A DNA stretch of 64,000 nucleotides from an uncultured Planctomycetaceae bacterium (GCA_963815195.1 CAWFGE010000012.1:864001-928000); one strand, 5' to 3'. Positions 31,705 through 43,581 are shown, numbered from the stretch's first letter. Program-made: numbers and translations. The notes: a model not told the origin generated them from the letters alone.

Positions 31705-34700
31705 GGGCGAGGTTTCATGGTCGGATTGCGGACGGGTTCGGCCAGGGCTTCAAAATACCGCCGGGCCAGATCTTCGTATTTCGGGAGGTATTTGTCGCTG
31801 CTGAGGTTCCGCAGTTTCAGCCGAACCGAAGGCGGCAAATGGCCCCAGACGGCGTTCACCATGTCCGGCCGGGGGGCGAGATCGGCATTACCGCCCTTTG
31901 CGGGATTTCGGTGATCGCTCGTGGATTCCGTGGCGTCTTCGTTTTCCTGTTTGGTCCGCTGCGGTTGCTGCGATTCCTCGCCTTGGGCGTTCGCGGTCTT
32001 GTTCTGATTTGGCTCGCGGGCCCCTTGTTGGGGGTTCGGGTTCCCGTCTTCAGGCTGCTGAGGTTGATCGGGCGGCGGCGAACCGGAGGAAGCCGACGGC
32101 GGCTGGGATTGGCGGTCTTTCATCCTGTCGATCAGCTTCTGCAAATTGGCGACGACCTGTTCCTGAATCTCGCGCGTCTCCTCGCCGGTGTCCTTGCCGC
32201 TGATCCGCTCCTGGGCCGAGCGCATGCCCTGAATCGCTTCTTCCAGCGGATTCTTCGTGGGATCGCCCGCAGCGGCTTGCGGATCTTGGCCCACCAGTTC
32301 CTCAAAGAGCTTTTTGTCGAGTTTGGGTTTCACCGCCGGCTGTTTGTCCGTCTTCGTTTTGTCGGCATCGTTTGCCGGCGGTTTTTTGGCTTCGGACGGG
32401 GGCAGTTCGTCCGCGTTCGTTTTCTTCAGTTCGATTTGGGCGGGATAGGCGAAGGCTGCGGGATCGTTAAGGATCGCGAAGAATAGAACTTCAGCATTTG
32501 GGATCAACAGGCGAGCGGGGGGCGTAAGCCCCCTGGTTTTGTTAAATGGTTCAAAAACTGAAGTTGTTTTCTTGGCGGTCCTAAGGTTCAACTCCGACCG
32601 CAAGCGGTCGGCTTGGGGGGGCTTCTCGTCGGACGTATTCTTGGGTTTCGATTTCGGAATCAAGTTGTCGAGATCCAAATCTTTGTTGAGCTGGTCTTCC
32701 AGGGAAGGACCTTTGCCGGGGGCCTTTTTCGGTTCGGGTTTGGGTTCGGGTTTCGGCTGCGGTTGATCGTCCGGTTTTCCGGGCTCGGATTTGAATGCTT
32801 GGGCGAATTGAGCGGTGAGGTTTCGCATGAGGTCTGCGAGTTGCCCCTGCTCGCCGGCCAAGAGATCGAGTTCCAGCTTTTGATCGTCCGTGAGCGCGCC
32901 GGTTTCTTTCTGCACACGGTCCAGCGTTTCGGTCCGGCGGATCAGATCTTCCTGGAGCGTTTTGAGCATTTTGAGCTGCGCGATGTGCGGGATGGCTTCG
33001 CCTTGCGGACCGGCGTTCGCGGCCGCTCCTCCGCCGCCGCCGTCCTGTGCCGGGTCTTCGGTTTTCTTGGGCTTGTCGGGTTCCAAAGCCGCGATCAGAT
33101 CGGTGAAGCGGTTCTTGGCGGCGGATTCGCGGGCGACGGTTTCGCCGTCGGTCTGGCGGTCTTCCAGGCGTTTCGCGGCGAACTCCATTTCGCGGGCCGC
33201 TCCCTTGAGGGCGAGGGCAAACACCTCGGCCGCCTTGACGACTTCGACCAGCCCGTCGGTTTCCGTTTTCAGCCCCCGCTGCACCTCGGCGAGGTCGCGG
33301 AGGGTTTTGAGCTGGGCCCGGCTCCAATTGCTTTCCTGCCGGCGGAGGGCTTCCAGGCGGTTCGTTTCCTCGATCACCGTTTGCTCGCGGGCGATCATGC
33401 TCTTGAGTTCATCGCCGATCCGCTCGAGCATCTCCCGGGCGAGTTGCTCCTCGGCCCGGCGTTCTTCCTCGGCCAATTCGCGCTCGGCTTGCTCCAGGTC
33501 GTCGAGGACTTCCCGCTGTTCCTGCTCCGCCTGGTTCCGCTGGTCTTCCTGGAGAAGCTGCTCGGCTTGTTCCATCCGCGAGGAAGCCCGGCGGAGCGAA
33601 CTTCCCGACCCGCGGGCCTGCAGGCGGCGGAGCCGGCGGGCCATGCTGGAAATCTCCCGCCGAATTTGCTGCTGTTCCTGCCGGAGCCGTTCGAGTTCCC
33701 GCTCGCGCTCGTTGGGGTCGGCGATCTTCTCGGCTTCCTCCACTTTGCGGAGCAGTTCTTCCTGCCGTTTGCGCAACGGCTCGAGTTCCTCGCGAGATTG
33801 CTTCAGCTTTTTGACGAGCGTTTCCGTGTCGCTGACGCTCTTATTTTTCAGAATGTCCGAGAGTTCGCTCAGGTCCTCGAGGGCCTGCTGTTGCTGCTGG
33901 GTCGCTTCGCCGATCTGATTGCGGCCGAGTTGGTTCGCGGTTTCCCGCAGATTCCCGGCGACCGCTTGCTGGCGGAGATGATCGTCCGCGTCCGTCAAAA
34001 GCTCGGCCGCCTGCGGGCTGGTTTTTTCCAGTTCTTTGGCGATGTCCTCGAAGCTCTTGCTGAGACCTGAGATCCGCTGGGCTTGTTTTCGCTGGCGATC
34101 GGCGAGGCGGGCGAGGTCGGCCTGCTCCTGCGGGCTGAGTTGCCGCTCGCTCTTGCCGAAGGTCCGCTTTCCGACGTCGGCCGTCTCGCGGTTGAGGTCT
34201 TCCTGCTGGCCGATCAACTCGCGGACTTCGCCCGTCAGGTCGCGGTGATGCCTCCATTCCGAAAGCTGGGCCAGCATGTCGCCTAAGGAATCGAGCACGG
34301 CCTGCTGATTGTCTTCGGCCTTTCCGAGGGCCGTCTCTTCATCGCGGGACTTCGGTGCATCGGTCTTGGCGGACTTCGGCTTGTCTTCCGGGTTCTCTTC
34401 GGGGGTCAGCCCCTGTTTGGTTTGGGCCAACTTGCGGGCGTTGGTGAGTTCCTGCTCGATCGTCGGCAGGTGGTCTTCCTGCATAATCCCGATCTCGGTC
34501 GCGATCCCTTTGAGCCGCTGCTCCATGTCGGGATCGTTGATTCTGTTCCGCGCGAGTTCTTTGAGCAAACTCTCCGCGCGGGCGGCGACACCTTCGACGG
34601 GATGCGACAGCCGGGAGTTGATCTGCCGCTGCTCGATCTCAAGCCGCTTGAGCAAGTCGATGTCCTCAAACCGCAATTCGCCGGCTTTTTGCAGTTGAAT

Positions 34701-36385
34701 TTTGAGTTCTTGGACCTGGTCGTGAGTTTGGATTTGCTGCTTGTGGGCGGCGTCCAGCTCATCGACGAGCCGGCCTTGCTGCGAAGCGAGTTCGGAGGTT
34801 TTTTCTTCGGGCGAGACGATCGTCAGCTTGCGGGTGATGCTCCGGCCGACGTGCGCGCCTTCCAGGTTGTAATCGTCCAAAGCCTCGGCGTGAAAGGTGA
34901 TCTCTCTGCCGGGCTGAAGTTTCAGCCCGCCCAGTTCCCACTTATATTCCACGGCGTGCTGTTGCGGGCGATCCTTGCCGTCGAATAGCGGAATCGCGGT
35001 GAAGGGCGTTTTGTCGTCGCTGCCGATTTTGTACTGCAAGCGGATTTCCCGCAGGCCCATGTCGTCTTTGGCTCCGACTTTGATCGGAACCATTGCGGTG
35101 GGGGTGACGTCCTCATCGCGGGGCGGCTCGTCGATCCACACGTCGGGCACCAAATCGGCGATGCCCCGGATTTCATACCGCGGGGCGTTCGCGTTTTCGA
35201 AGCCTTCGAGATCCCGCAGATCGAACCACCACGAATATACGCCCGCCTCGGAAATCACAAAATCGATTTCCAGCTTCCGGCCGTTGTTGGAGAGCGGCAC
35301 CTTCACCGGTGGCTGATCTTTGACCCGGAGATTCGCGAACTCGAGCGGCTTGTTGACCACGGCTTTCAGATGCACCTGCGTGCCGACGAGACCGCGAATA
35401 TGCCCCACGCCCGCGGGCAAGGTTTCGATGGGCCGGCCGGAGTACGCGGGCGGAGCCAACGTGAGCTCCAGCGATTCGACCAAAGGGGGCGGCACGACGT
35501 CCAACCGGTGCCAAGGCATTTCGTGATCGTCCCCGCCGACCCGCGGAAGAACATCGGCCCCTTCATCGCCACGAGACTCGCCACGCAGACTTCGGCCGCA
35601 TCGCCGGCGGCATCCCGGAGCGTCGTGCGGCGGAGCGTCTCGGCGATGACTTCGCCTTTGCCGAACTTGTATTCCATCCGCACATCGTCCGGCAATTGGC
35701 CCTTGAGGTCCTTCACATAGATTTCCAAAGTTTCCCCGCGGGCCAGGCGCATCGGCTCGGCGGGGTCGTGCTTCAAAGGTTTTAAATCCTCATCGACCAG
35801 TTGAAGCTCTGTGGTCTTGGGCCAGGGCCGATTGGCAAAGGGGAACACCAGCCGATGGAGCGCCGTCGCCGCGGAGGCTTGATCCAACCCGGCCACGAGG
35901 GCCGTCAACAGGCAAATCGCCACCGCGGCCGTCGCGACTTTCCGCACCCGGCGGGTTTCCACGATGTCGGAGAGATTCACCCGCTCGATCTGGCTCACGG
36001 TGCGTTCGACGACCTGCTGTTGCATCGCGGGCGAACCCAGCCGCGGATCGCTGCCGGCCGAGAGAAACTGCACGGTGCTGGCGAGGCTGTCGTTGAAGCC
36101 CGGGTAGCGTTTTTCGATCCGCAGGGCGATTTCCACATCGCTGATTTTCCGCCGTAAGGGTCGGAGCAAAAGCCGCCAGCCGATCCAACCCGCGGCCGAG
36201 AGGATCCCCAAGCCCAGGATCAACCGCACCCCGGCGTCTTCCAGCCGGAGCGACCAATCGAGCACGCCTTCCAGCAGCGTGGCCCCGAACACCACGGCCA
36301 CGAGCCAACTCAGCCCATACAGCCAAGTCATCTGCCGCAGTCGTCGCCGCAAATACGTCAACCGAGTTTCTAAAGATTCCGGCAT
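31701..36385 (-). CDS. Large membrane-anchored coiled-coil protein (DUF4175-like), frameshift near 35535; the C-terminal part may be a separate gene
   Basis: ORFs 35366..36409 and 31701..35519 join; TM N-terminus, Ig-like PPAYSG and A.DD.GL motifs, long Q/E-rich coils, C-terminal WGHLP. Confidence 0.75.
32509..32535 (+). repeat. Short family C REP inside the large coiled-coil ORF (TRGLTPPARL)
   Basis: AGGCGAGCGGGGGGCGTAAGCCCCTGG. Confidence 0.7.
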
Positions 36386-36399
36386 GGTTTTCGATTCCC

Positions 36400-36539
36400 G
36401 ATCACACAAGGCGAGCGGCCGGCGTAAGCCGGCTGATCACTCACGATTGCTTGAGTTGATTTCAGTCGTTCCAAATTACCGAAAAAGGGCCGAAGGTCCG
36501 GCTCTATGTCAGCCCAGGGCGCAGCCCTGGGAACGCAAA
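36400..36539 (+). repeat. Family C REP followed by the left arm of family B
   Basis: GATCACACAAGGCGAGCGGCCGGCGTAAGCCGG; 36469-36536 similar to 2671-2738. Confidence 0.75.
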
Positions 36540-37101
36540 CGGCGGGGTGGCTGGGGCGCAATGGATTGGATCAATCAAAAAACTCGTTTCGAAAGCTGGG
36601 GCCACGGAAGATCTTTCTCTCACATCCATGGCCCCAGTATTCGCTTGCCTAATTTTATTCGTAGACGAATCTGCGCCCCAGCCACCCAACCGCAATATGT
36701 CAACCGAGCTCGATCACACAAGGCGAGCGGCGGGGTGGCTGGGGCGCAATGGATTGGATCAATCAAAAAACTCGTTTCGAAAGCTGGGGCCACGGAAGAT
36801 CTTTCTCTCACATCCATGGCCCCAGTATTCGCTTGCCTAATTTTATTCGTAGACGAATCTGCGCCCAGCCACCCAACCGCAATATGTCAACCGAGCTCGA
36901 TCACACAAGGCGAGCGGCGGGGTGGCTGGGGCGCAATGGATTGGATCAATCAAAAAACTCGTTTCGAAAGCTGGGGCCACGGAAGATCTTTCTCTCACAT
37001 CCATGGCCCCAGTATTCGCTTGCCTAATTTTATTCGTAGACGAATCTGCGCCCAGCCACCCAACCGCAATATGTCAACCGAGCTCGATCACACAAGGCGA
37101 G
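36540..37101. repeat. Three tandem copies (188/187/187 bp) of a REP-doublet unit
   Basis: Units start at 36540, 36728, 36915; internal IRs GGGTGGCTGGGGCGCA/TGCGCCCCAGCCACCC and CTGGGGCCA/TGGCCCCAG. Confidence 0.92.
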
Positions 37102-37201
37102 CGGCCGGCGTCAGCTGGCTGACTACTCTCGATGGTTTCAGTTGATTTGCCTTTTTCACGATCGCTCGCATTCGTGGGAATTCTTGAAACATTCTGCGTC
37201 A

Positions 37202-39643
37202 TCATACCAGCCGCAGGCGTTTTCTCCATAACCATTCTGCCGAGAGGAGGGCTGCGAACAGCAGCAGAAATTCCGGGCGGTTCCAGAGCGAAATCGGGTC
37301 TTGGGTTTCCAAAGGCACGGGCTGGCCGGGCGGGATTTTGTCCGGCAGATCCTCGGCTTCGCTCAAGGGAACATATTTGCCCCGCGTGGTCTCGGCGGTT
37401 TGCGTGAGTTCCGCCCGGTCCAGGCTGCGCTTGGCCAACTCCCGGCTTTGCGATTCCACGACGAAATCCTCCGCTGGCGGGGCCTCTTTGAAGGCGGGTT
37501 TTACGACCCACGCATGATACGTGCCCTCGGCGGCTCTTCGCATCTGGCCTTCAAACACCGCGGACGCCTGCGGCAGCCGATTGAGTTTCACCGCCTGCTG
37601 CGTGTCGCCCCGGCGTTCGACCATCACGGTCACGCCGTCTTTTTCGAGCGGGACCAGCCGCTCATCCACAAACCGCAATCGCAGCGTGACGGTGTCGCCC
37701 CGCTGGTAGAGTTCCCGGTCGGCCGAGAGCTTCGCCCCGCGGTCTTTCCCTAACATGCGGGACCGCGTGAGATAGCGGATGGTTTGAATCCAATACCGGG
37801 CGTAATAAATATCGCCCCGCCGGAACCGCCACCGCCAGAGTTCGTCGGTCGCGTGAAACATGACTTTCCCCGCGCCGTAGCGGTGCATCGAGATCACGGG
37901 CAGCTTGCCGTCGGGTCCGCTCTTCACGGGATGCTCGACAAAACTCACCGCGCCGGACTTCAACTGCGGGGCCTCGAACAGCCAATACAAATCCGGCAGG
38001 TCTTTCCAGATCTTGAGGCTCTCGTTTTCGGAGTCGGCGAAGCGGAAGATCGCGCTGCTCTTGCGGCCTTCCACGGTGAGTTCCGGATGAAAACCTTCCA
38101 CGATCGTCAGGTCGGAGGGCGGCGCCTTGGCTCCACTGAGCTCCACCGGCAGCATCGTTTCCAAGGGCGTTTCCCGGTACGCCAGCGGATTGAACCGCGT
38201 GCCCGCGACCATGATCAACCCGCCGCCCGCTTCGCGGACGAACTTGGACAAGTTCTCGAACACGACGGGGCTGAGATACGCCGGGTTCAAATCGCCGAGG
38301 ATGATCACATCGTACTTTTGAATGTCTTCCCATTGGACGGGGAAATGTTCGAGCGCGGTCTCGTCTTCCTGGGCGTATTCCAGGTCGGCATCTTGAAGCA
38401 CGACATCCAGCTTGAGCGTGCTGTTGCCTTCGCGGAGCGCTTCCCGCTCCAAAAGATGCTTGAGGTAGCGAAACTCGTAGCGGGGCATCGAATCGGCGAG
38501 GAGCACGCGGATCGGATCCTGGCTCACGCTGACCAACTGCGGCTGCGTGACGTTGTTCTGCGTATTCGTCTCGTCCGGCTTGAGCGGGACTTCCAGCACG
38601 TATTCAAACTCGCCTTTGTTTGGCGGGGCGTGCGTGAGCTCGACTTTGATCGCCTCGCCGTCGGCCCCGGCTTTCACCGTTTGCTCCGCGAGAATTTTGC
38701 TCGAGCCTTTCTGCTTGAGCCTCACCGTGATGTCCTGGTTCTCGAACCCGTAGGCTTTGAGCTTCGCCGAGAACGCGACCGGATCGTTGACGAACGCGAA
38801 GTCCTCGGCGAGCAATCCGTAAATTTGGAGATCGCGAGCAGGCTCTTCGCTGCCCAAGGCGACCGTGTAAATCGGCACGAGGCGATTGCGGGCGGCATCG
38901 GCGATGGTGGTCAGCTTTTCGTTGTCGGTCGTCGTGGTGATGCCATCGCTGAGCAGAATGATCGCCGACGGCGGCGTGCCCCGCAAATCGTCGAGCACCT
39001 TCTGCACAGCCGGTCCGGGGCGGGTCAACTGGCCCTCGGCTTTCAGCCCGGAGAGCACCGGCAGCAGCTTGTCGATGTCCTCGCGCTTGAGATATTCCTC
39101 CTCGTCACCCAGCGGAACGGTGTTGTCGGAGAAGCGGTAAATCCGCAGCTTGTGCCGATCCAAAAGCTGTTTGAGGAACTCGCCCTTGTCCTTGGTCAAC
39201 AGGCCCTTGGCGAGGTTGAGCCGCGTCGGGGCGGCCAGTTTTCCCGACTTTAACAGCCGCTCTGCGGCCGCGGCGAGATCTTTGTCGCGGTACTGGTCCT
39301 CGAAGTTCATGCTTTCCGAATCATCCCAGAGAACGACCACTACCGGCAGCCCGGTGCGGTCCACGGAGAGCTTGAGTTCGGACAGAAAAAACAGCACCAT
39401 CCCCACCACCAACAGGCGGAGCGAAATCAGGCCGACCCGCGTCTTCCAGGGCAGCGTCTGGGCATCGCGGGAATAGATGAAGACGACGTATCCGATGAGT
39501 GCCGCCGCCAACAAGAGCACCGTCCAACTCGGCATCCACGCGGGCCAGGGCGACCGCCACAGATACGTCCAAGCCGTGCCCTGCCCGGGGTCCGTGGGCG
39601 GCACGCCGAGATACCATTCCAAAAAGTGCTTGAGCGGTTGCAT
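37202..39643 (-). CDS. Membrane protein with vWA-like and class I glutamine-amidotransferase-like domains
   Basis: VLWDDSESM, LLSDG, PIYTV.LG, YDVIILGD, FVREAGGGL, ELWRWR, C-terminal EWLWRK. Confidence 0.8.
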   Translation of the reverse strand: MQPLKHFLEWYLGVPPTDPGQGTAWTYLWRSPWPAWMPSWTVLLLAAALIGYVVFIYSRDAQTLPWKTRVGLISLRLLVVGMVLFFLSELKLSVDRTGLPVVVVLWDDSESMNFEDQYRDKDLAAAAERLLKSGKLAAPTRLNLAKGLLTKDKGEFLKQLLDRHKLRIYRFSDNTVPLGDEEEYLKREDIDKLLPVLSGLKAEGQLTRPGPAVQKVLDDLRGTPPSAIILLSDGITTTTDNEKLTTIADAARNRLVPIYTVALGSEEPARDLQIYGLLAEDFAFVNDPVAFSAKLKAYGFENQDITVRLKQKGSSKILAEQTVKAGADGEAIKVELTHAPPNKGEFEYVLEVPLKPDETNTQNNVTQPQLVSVSQDPIRVLLADSMPRYEFRYLKHLLEREALREGNSTLKLDVVLQDADLEYAQEDETALEHFPVQWEDIQKYDVIILGDLNPAYLSPVVFENLSKFVREAGGGLIMVAGTRFNPLAYRETPLETMLPVELSGAKAPPSDLTIVEGFHPELTVEGRKSSAIFRFADSENESLKIWKDLPDLYWLFEAPQLKSGAVSFVEHPVKSGPDGKLPVISMHRYGAGKVMFHATDELWRWRFRRGDIYYARYWIQTIRYLTRSRMLGKDRGAKLSADRELYQRGDTVTLRLRFVDERLVPLEKDGVTVMVERRGDTQQAVKLNRLPQASAVFEGQMRRAAEGTYHAWVVKPAFKEAPPAEDFVVESQSRELAKRSLDRAELTQTAETTRGKYVPLSEAEDLPDKIPPGQPVPLETQDPISLWNRPEFLLLFAALLSAEWLWRKRLRLV

Positions 39644-39873
39644 GAACGGCCAAGAATCTGATTCACAAAGAATGCGAAGTTGCGGATTGCGTCTTTCGTA
39701 GCGGTGGCTTCCAGCCGCCACGTGGATTGCAACACCGCCATGTCAGGCATTATAGGGGATAGGAACGCCGACATGTGAGGGAAATTGCGGGTTGGAATTG
39801 CACTGGAGGCCAAATCCGTTGAAAATGGAACCAGCGCTTTGCGGCCTCGATTCTTGGGAAGGACAGTGTTTTG

Positions 39874-40527
39874 ATGATTCATTCCCTCCGAAAGTTCCCC
39901 GTTCATATCGCGGGATTTCTGTGCATCGGGCTTGCCATTTTGAGGGGCGATCTCGTCACAGCGGAGGAACCGGCGGTTTCCCAGACCCCACGGAAGGACG
40001 AATCCGCTTCCAAAACCTCACCCAAAAACAAAACGGCCCCGATCGTGTCGGGTCGGGAGATTGGCGATTATGTGCCCACGTTTTACACCCGGGCGGTGAC
40101 GGGGCCTTTGATGAACCGCTCGGTGTGTTACGTCTGCCGAAACGGCGGGCGGCCGGTGGTGATGGTGTTTCTGCGAAAATTCGGAGCCGGCGTGAAGCCG
40201 CTGCTCAAGCAGGTGGACAGCTTGGTGGATCACCACCGCGCGGAGGGCCTTAGGAGCTTTGGCGTGTTTGTGACGGAAGACCCCAGCGAAGCGATTTCCG
40301 AGGTGCAGACGTTTTCGTTCGACAACAAGATCGCGCTGCCTTTGACAGTGGCGTCGGATGCCATCGCCGAGCCGCACTGCCAAAACCTCCACGCCCAGGC
40401 CGATGTGACCGTGGTGCTTTACAACAAACGCCGGGTCGTGAACCGCTTCGCGTTCCGCGAGGGCGAGATTCAATCGGACGAAATCGAGCACATCGCCCGG
40501 TCCATCGCCAAGCTGCTGGGCAATTAG
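39874..40527 (+). CDS. Exported thioredoxin-fold-like hypothetical protein
   Basis: Signal-like N-terminus, CYVC, PVVMVF. Confidence 0.6.
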   Translation: MIHSLRKFPVHIAGFLCIGLAILRGDLVTAEEPAVSQTPRKDESASKTSPKNKTAPIVSGREIGDYVPTFYTRAVTGPLMNRSVCYVCRNGGRPVVMVFLRKFGAGVKPLLKQVDSLVDHHRAEGLRSFGVFVTEDPSEAISEVQTFSFDNKIALPLTVASDAIAEPHCQNLHAQADVTVVLYNKRRVVNRFAFREGEIQSDEIEHIARSIAKLLGN

Positions 40528-41321
40528 CGATTTCGCGGCTTCAAGCGGCGGAAAAAAGCACGACGACTGGAAGCCGCCGCTACGGATGTGACCTTTAATC
40601 CCGCATCAAATACAGTCTGCGTCCGCGGCGTTTGATTTTCAGGCCCGCGGGAGAAGTCGTCCCTCATGTTCTCGAACGGGAAGAATCTCTGATTGAATCG
40701 ATCGAATTCATAGAGCCGCTGCCGGATTTTTTCCTGAACCTCTTCGGGAAATCCGTTGAGATTCGGTCCGAAAAACGGGGCCGGTTCGGAAAACGCGGGG
40801 GATCGCCGCTGCGGGACGTGCTGGTGCTGGTCCACGGGAAGTTCCTCGATGGAGAGCCCGTTAAACCGTCCTGAGGGCAAAATGCGATTGGAGCGCGGGT
40901 TGTCGAACGGCTTTTCCAATTCCGGCTGGTCTTCGTCCGCCGTCACCGAACCGGCCGGCGTGGATTGGGGCGGAGCCGACTGCGGGGGGCTCGCGACCAG
41001 CACCATCGCGAAACACACGGCCGCCACCGCGACCGCGGGGATCCAGCCGTTGAAGCGGTCGTACCGGGACGCTGGCAGCGACACCAGCTTCGTGGACAGG
41101 CTCGGCCAGAGACTGTCTTCCACTGCGGCTTGGGAGGCCTCGTCCGCTTCGTCCCGCAGCGGGCAGTTGTCCACCAGCTGCAAGAGGGCCTGCATTTGCG
41201 TCAAATACTTCCGGCACTCGGGGCACGCCTCCAGATGAACCTGGAGGTCCGCCAGTCCTGCTTCATCCAGGTCGTTTCCCGCCCAGAGTGCAATGTCTGA
41301 TTGCGCTCGCCTGCAATTCAT
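40524..41321 (-). CDS. Zinc-finger (zf-HC2) anti-sigma factor
   Basis: MNC...HLEACPECR, TM segment, downstream of the ECF sigma. Confidence 0.8.
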   Translation of the reverse strand: MNCRRAQSDIALWAGNDLDEAGLADLQVHLEACPECRKYLTQMQALLQLVDNCPLRDEADEASQAAVEDSLWPSLSTKLVSLPASRYDRFNGWIPAVAVAAVCFAMVLVASPPQSAPPQSTPAGSVTADEDQPELEKPFDNPRSNRILPSGRFNGLSIEELPVDQHQHVPQRRSPAFSEPAPFFGPNLNGFPEEVQEKIRQRLYEFDRFNQRFFPFENMRDDFSRGPENQTPRTQTVFDAGLKVTSVAAASSRRAFFRRLKPRNR

Positions 41322-41381
41322 GGCATTATTCGATTCTATCCCAAAGAATTTGTTCGCCCATCGGGCCAAGGGCCTCTTCGA

Positions 41382-42095
41382 TCAATCGTCCGATTCGGCC
41401 TCGTTGTCGGAGGAATCCGAATTTTCGGGCACGGGAATCGACGATTCCCCCAGCCGCGCGACCCAAAGGTTTTTGAACTGCTTCCGTGCCTCCGCGAGTC
41501 GCCACCGGATGGTGGCCTCCTTGCGATTCAAAATGGCGGCAATCTCGGATGTGCTGAAATTCTCCAAGTCTCTTAACACCAGCACCGAACGGTATTTTTC
41601 GGGCAACTGGTCCATCACGGCACGGACTTCCTGGCTCAAATCCAGATGGTTGCGGGGATCGGGTGCTGCGGGGTCGGGCGCGGTGTCTCGCGGGGCGTCA
41701 CTGAAGACCGACCACCTGAGCCGCCGCTTCCGCTTTCGCAGATAATCCAACGTGTAATTCACGCCGATGCGAAACAGCCACGGTCCGAACCGGCGGGACG
41801 AATCGAACTGATCCAGCCGCCGATAGGCCCGCAAAAACGTCTCCTGAGCCAAATCCCGCGCTTGCTCGACGTCGGGCACAAACCGCAGGATGACCCGGAT
41901 CAATCGCCGTTCGTAACGGGTGACCAATTCCCCAAACGCATCGCGGTCGCCTCGCCGGACGTCCTCCACGAGCCGGGCATCGGGCACGGAATGCCGATCC
42001 CGGGCGGGAGTTCGCTCCAGAAGTTGAACCGAACCAGGGGAATCCTGGTTTCGTGTGGATTGATCCACCATGATGTCCTCAATCAATTTGAGCAT
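41382..42095 (-). CDS. ECF RNA polymerase sigma factor
   Basis: GDRDAFGELV.RY, DLAQETFLRAY, WLFRI..N, EIA.IL....TIRWRL. Confidence 0.92.
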   Translation of the reverse strand: MLKLIEDIMVDQSTRNQDSPGSVQLLERTPARDRHSVPDARLVEDVRRGDRDAFGELVTRYERRLIRVILRFVPDVEQARDLAQETFLRAYRRLDQFDSSRRFGPWLFRIGVNYTLDYLRKRKRRLRWSVFSDAPRDTAPDPAAPDPRNHLDLSQEVRAVMDQLPEKYRSVLVLRDLENFSTSEIAAILNRKEATIRWRLAEARKQFKNLWVARLGESSIPVPENSDSSDNEAESDD

Positions 42096-42402
42096 GCTCA
42101 GTTTTACTACGAAAGCCGATCTCTGACTGTTGGAAGATTGTGGAGCGATTTCGGCAAAAACTCACATCGCTCCTATTTGATTTTACGCAGTTTCCGCGCC
42201 AAACAAGCGAAAATCCGTTAGCGAGCTAAGCGGTTTTCAAACAATCACAACAACATCAATGAAGAAAAGAACTTATGTCGCCCGTGAATGGAGAAACGAT
42301 CGACGCTTCCATCCCACGGCAAGACTTGTCTATGTCAAAATGGCAGGAATTAACGTTATGCCGTTTTGGCAGCCATTCTGCTTGGCATCATTCTCCCCTG
42401 AA

Positions 42403-43581
42403 CTATGCAAACAACAATTCGTAAGGATCCGCCGCGTCCGCCTGGCTCAGCGGAAGGGTTGTGAACACGCCGGGATGGCCGGGTTGGAGGGTGCCGAGTT
42501 TTGTCTCGGCTCCGAAGAGGGCCACCGCTCCGTTTCGCGTGGCCCAGGTGAGCCATTGGGCGGGCGGCGTTTGCGGGTGTTGTCTGCGGAGGAATTTGAC
42601 TTCTTCCCAAAGATTCAGATCGGGATTCGAGGCCCGGCTGTCCGTGCCCAGCGCGACCCGCACGCCCGCTTCGATAAGTTTCGGCCACGGATGATTCCGA
42701 TGCCCGAAGTAAGCGTGCGTCCGCGGGCAGTAAACCACGCTCAAGTGGGGATGCTCCGCCAGGAAGCCAATGTCTTCGTCGCTTAGATAATTTCCATGCA
42801 CAATCAGCCCGCGGTCCACGTCGGCGAGCGGGATCAGGTAATCGAGAATCCGGGTGCGGCGGGGGATGATGTTCTCCCGCCAGGCTCCGAAGGCGGAGAG
42901 CATCTCCACCAACTCCCCGCTGCCGGCGGAGAGCAGTTCCAGTTCCGCCCGCGTTTCCGCGAGGTGCATCGCCATGGGGGCTTTGTGGTCCCGGCAGAGT
43001 CTGACCAATTGACGAAACAACTCCGGATGCACGCTGTAGGGCGCATGCGGACTCAATCCGCGAATGAGCGCGGGCGCTTCGTTGGCCGAAGCTTCCTGCA
43101 AATGCTGCTTCGCGATGCCAAGTTGTTCCTCGATCCGCTCCGGCAACAACGCCAACAACTCGCGAAACACAACGACGCGAGCCGAGGGCGGGGAGTTTTT
43201 AAGAAACACCCGCGGCGACCAGCCTTCGGTGGCGATTTCGCCGACGGCCCGCGTGCCGGTGCTCACGGTTTCCGCGTAACCTTGCGAGATGATTTTCTCC
43301 ACGGACGCCGCCCGCGACCGCCGATGCGCCACGAGCGCCCGAATCCAATCCGCAAAGGATTCCGCCGTATCCAAAGGCGCGGCGAGATCGCTGAACTCCC
43401 AGTGCGTATGGGCGTTCACCAGTCCCGGTAGAATGGCGACATTCCCCAAATCCACCGCCCGTGGCTCGGCTTTGTCATGAACCGCCGAGATCACCCCATC
43501 CTCGATTTCCACCACGCCGTTTTCCACCGGCGAAGACGAAACGGGAAAAACCCACCGGGCACGATAGCGTTCGGTCGTCAC
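42403..43581 (-). CDS. Amidohydrolase (MtaD/cytosine deaminase-like)
   Basis: PGLVNAHTH, SPHAPYSV, MHLAET, ALGTDS. Confidence 0.88.
   Translation of the reverse strand: MTTERYRARWVFPVSSSPVENGVVEIEDGVISAVHDKAEPRAVDLGNVAILPGLVNAHTHWEFSDLAAPLDTAESFADWIRALVAHRRSRAASVEKIISQGYAETVSTGTRAVGEIATEGWSPRVFLKNSPPSARVVVFRELLALLPERIEEQLGIAKQHLQEASANEAPALIRGLSPHAPYSVHPELFRQLVRLCRDHKAPMAMHLAETRAELELLSAGSGELVEMLSAFGAWRENIIPRRTRILDYLIPLADVDRGLIVHGNYLSDEDIGFLAEHPHLSVVYCPRTHAYFGHRNHPWPKLIEAGVRVALGTDSRASNPDLNLWEEVKFLRRQHPQTPPAQWLTWATRNGAVALFGAETKLGTLQPGHPGVFTTLPLSQADAADPYELLFA

Noticed and set aside
36540..37101. Possible CRISPR array
   Set aside because: Whole 187-bp units are identical, with no variable spacers and no cas genes.
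36279..37145. 288-aa repeat-protein ORF
   Set aside because: It is a read-through of palindromic tandem repeats, antisense to the surrounding operon.
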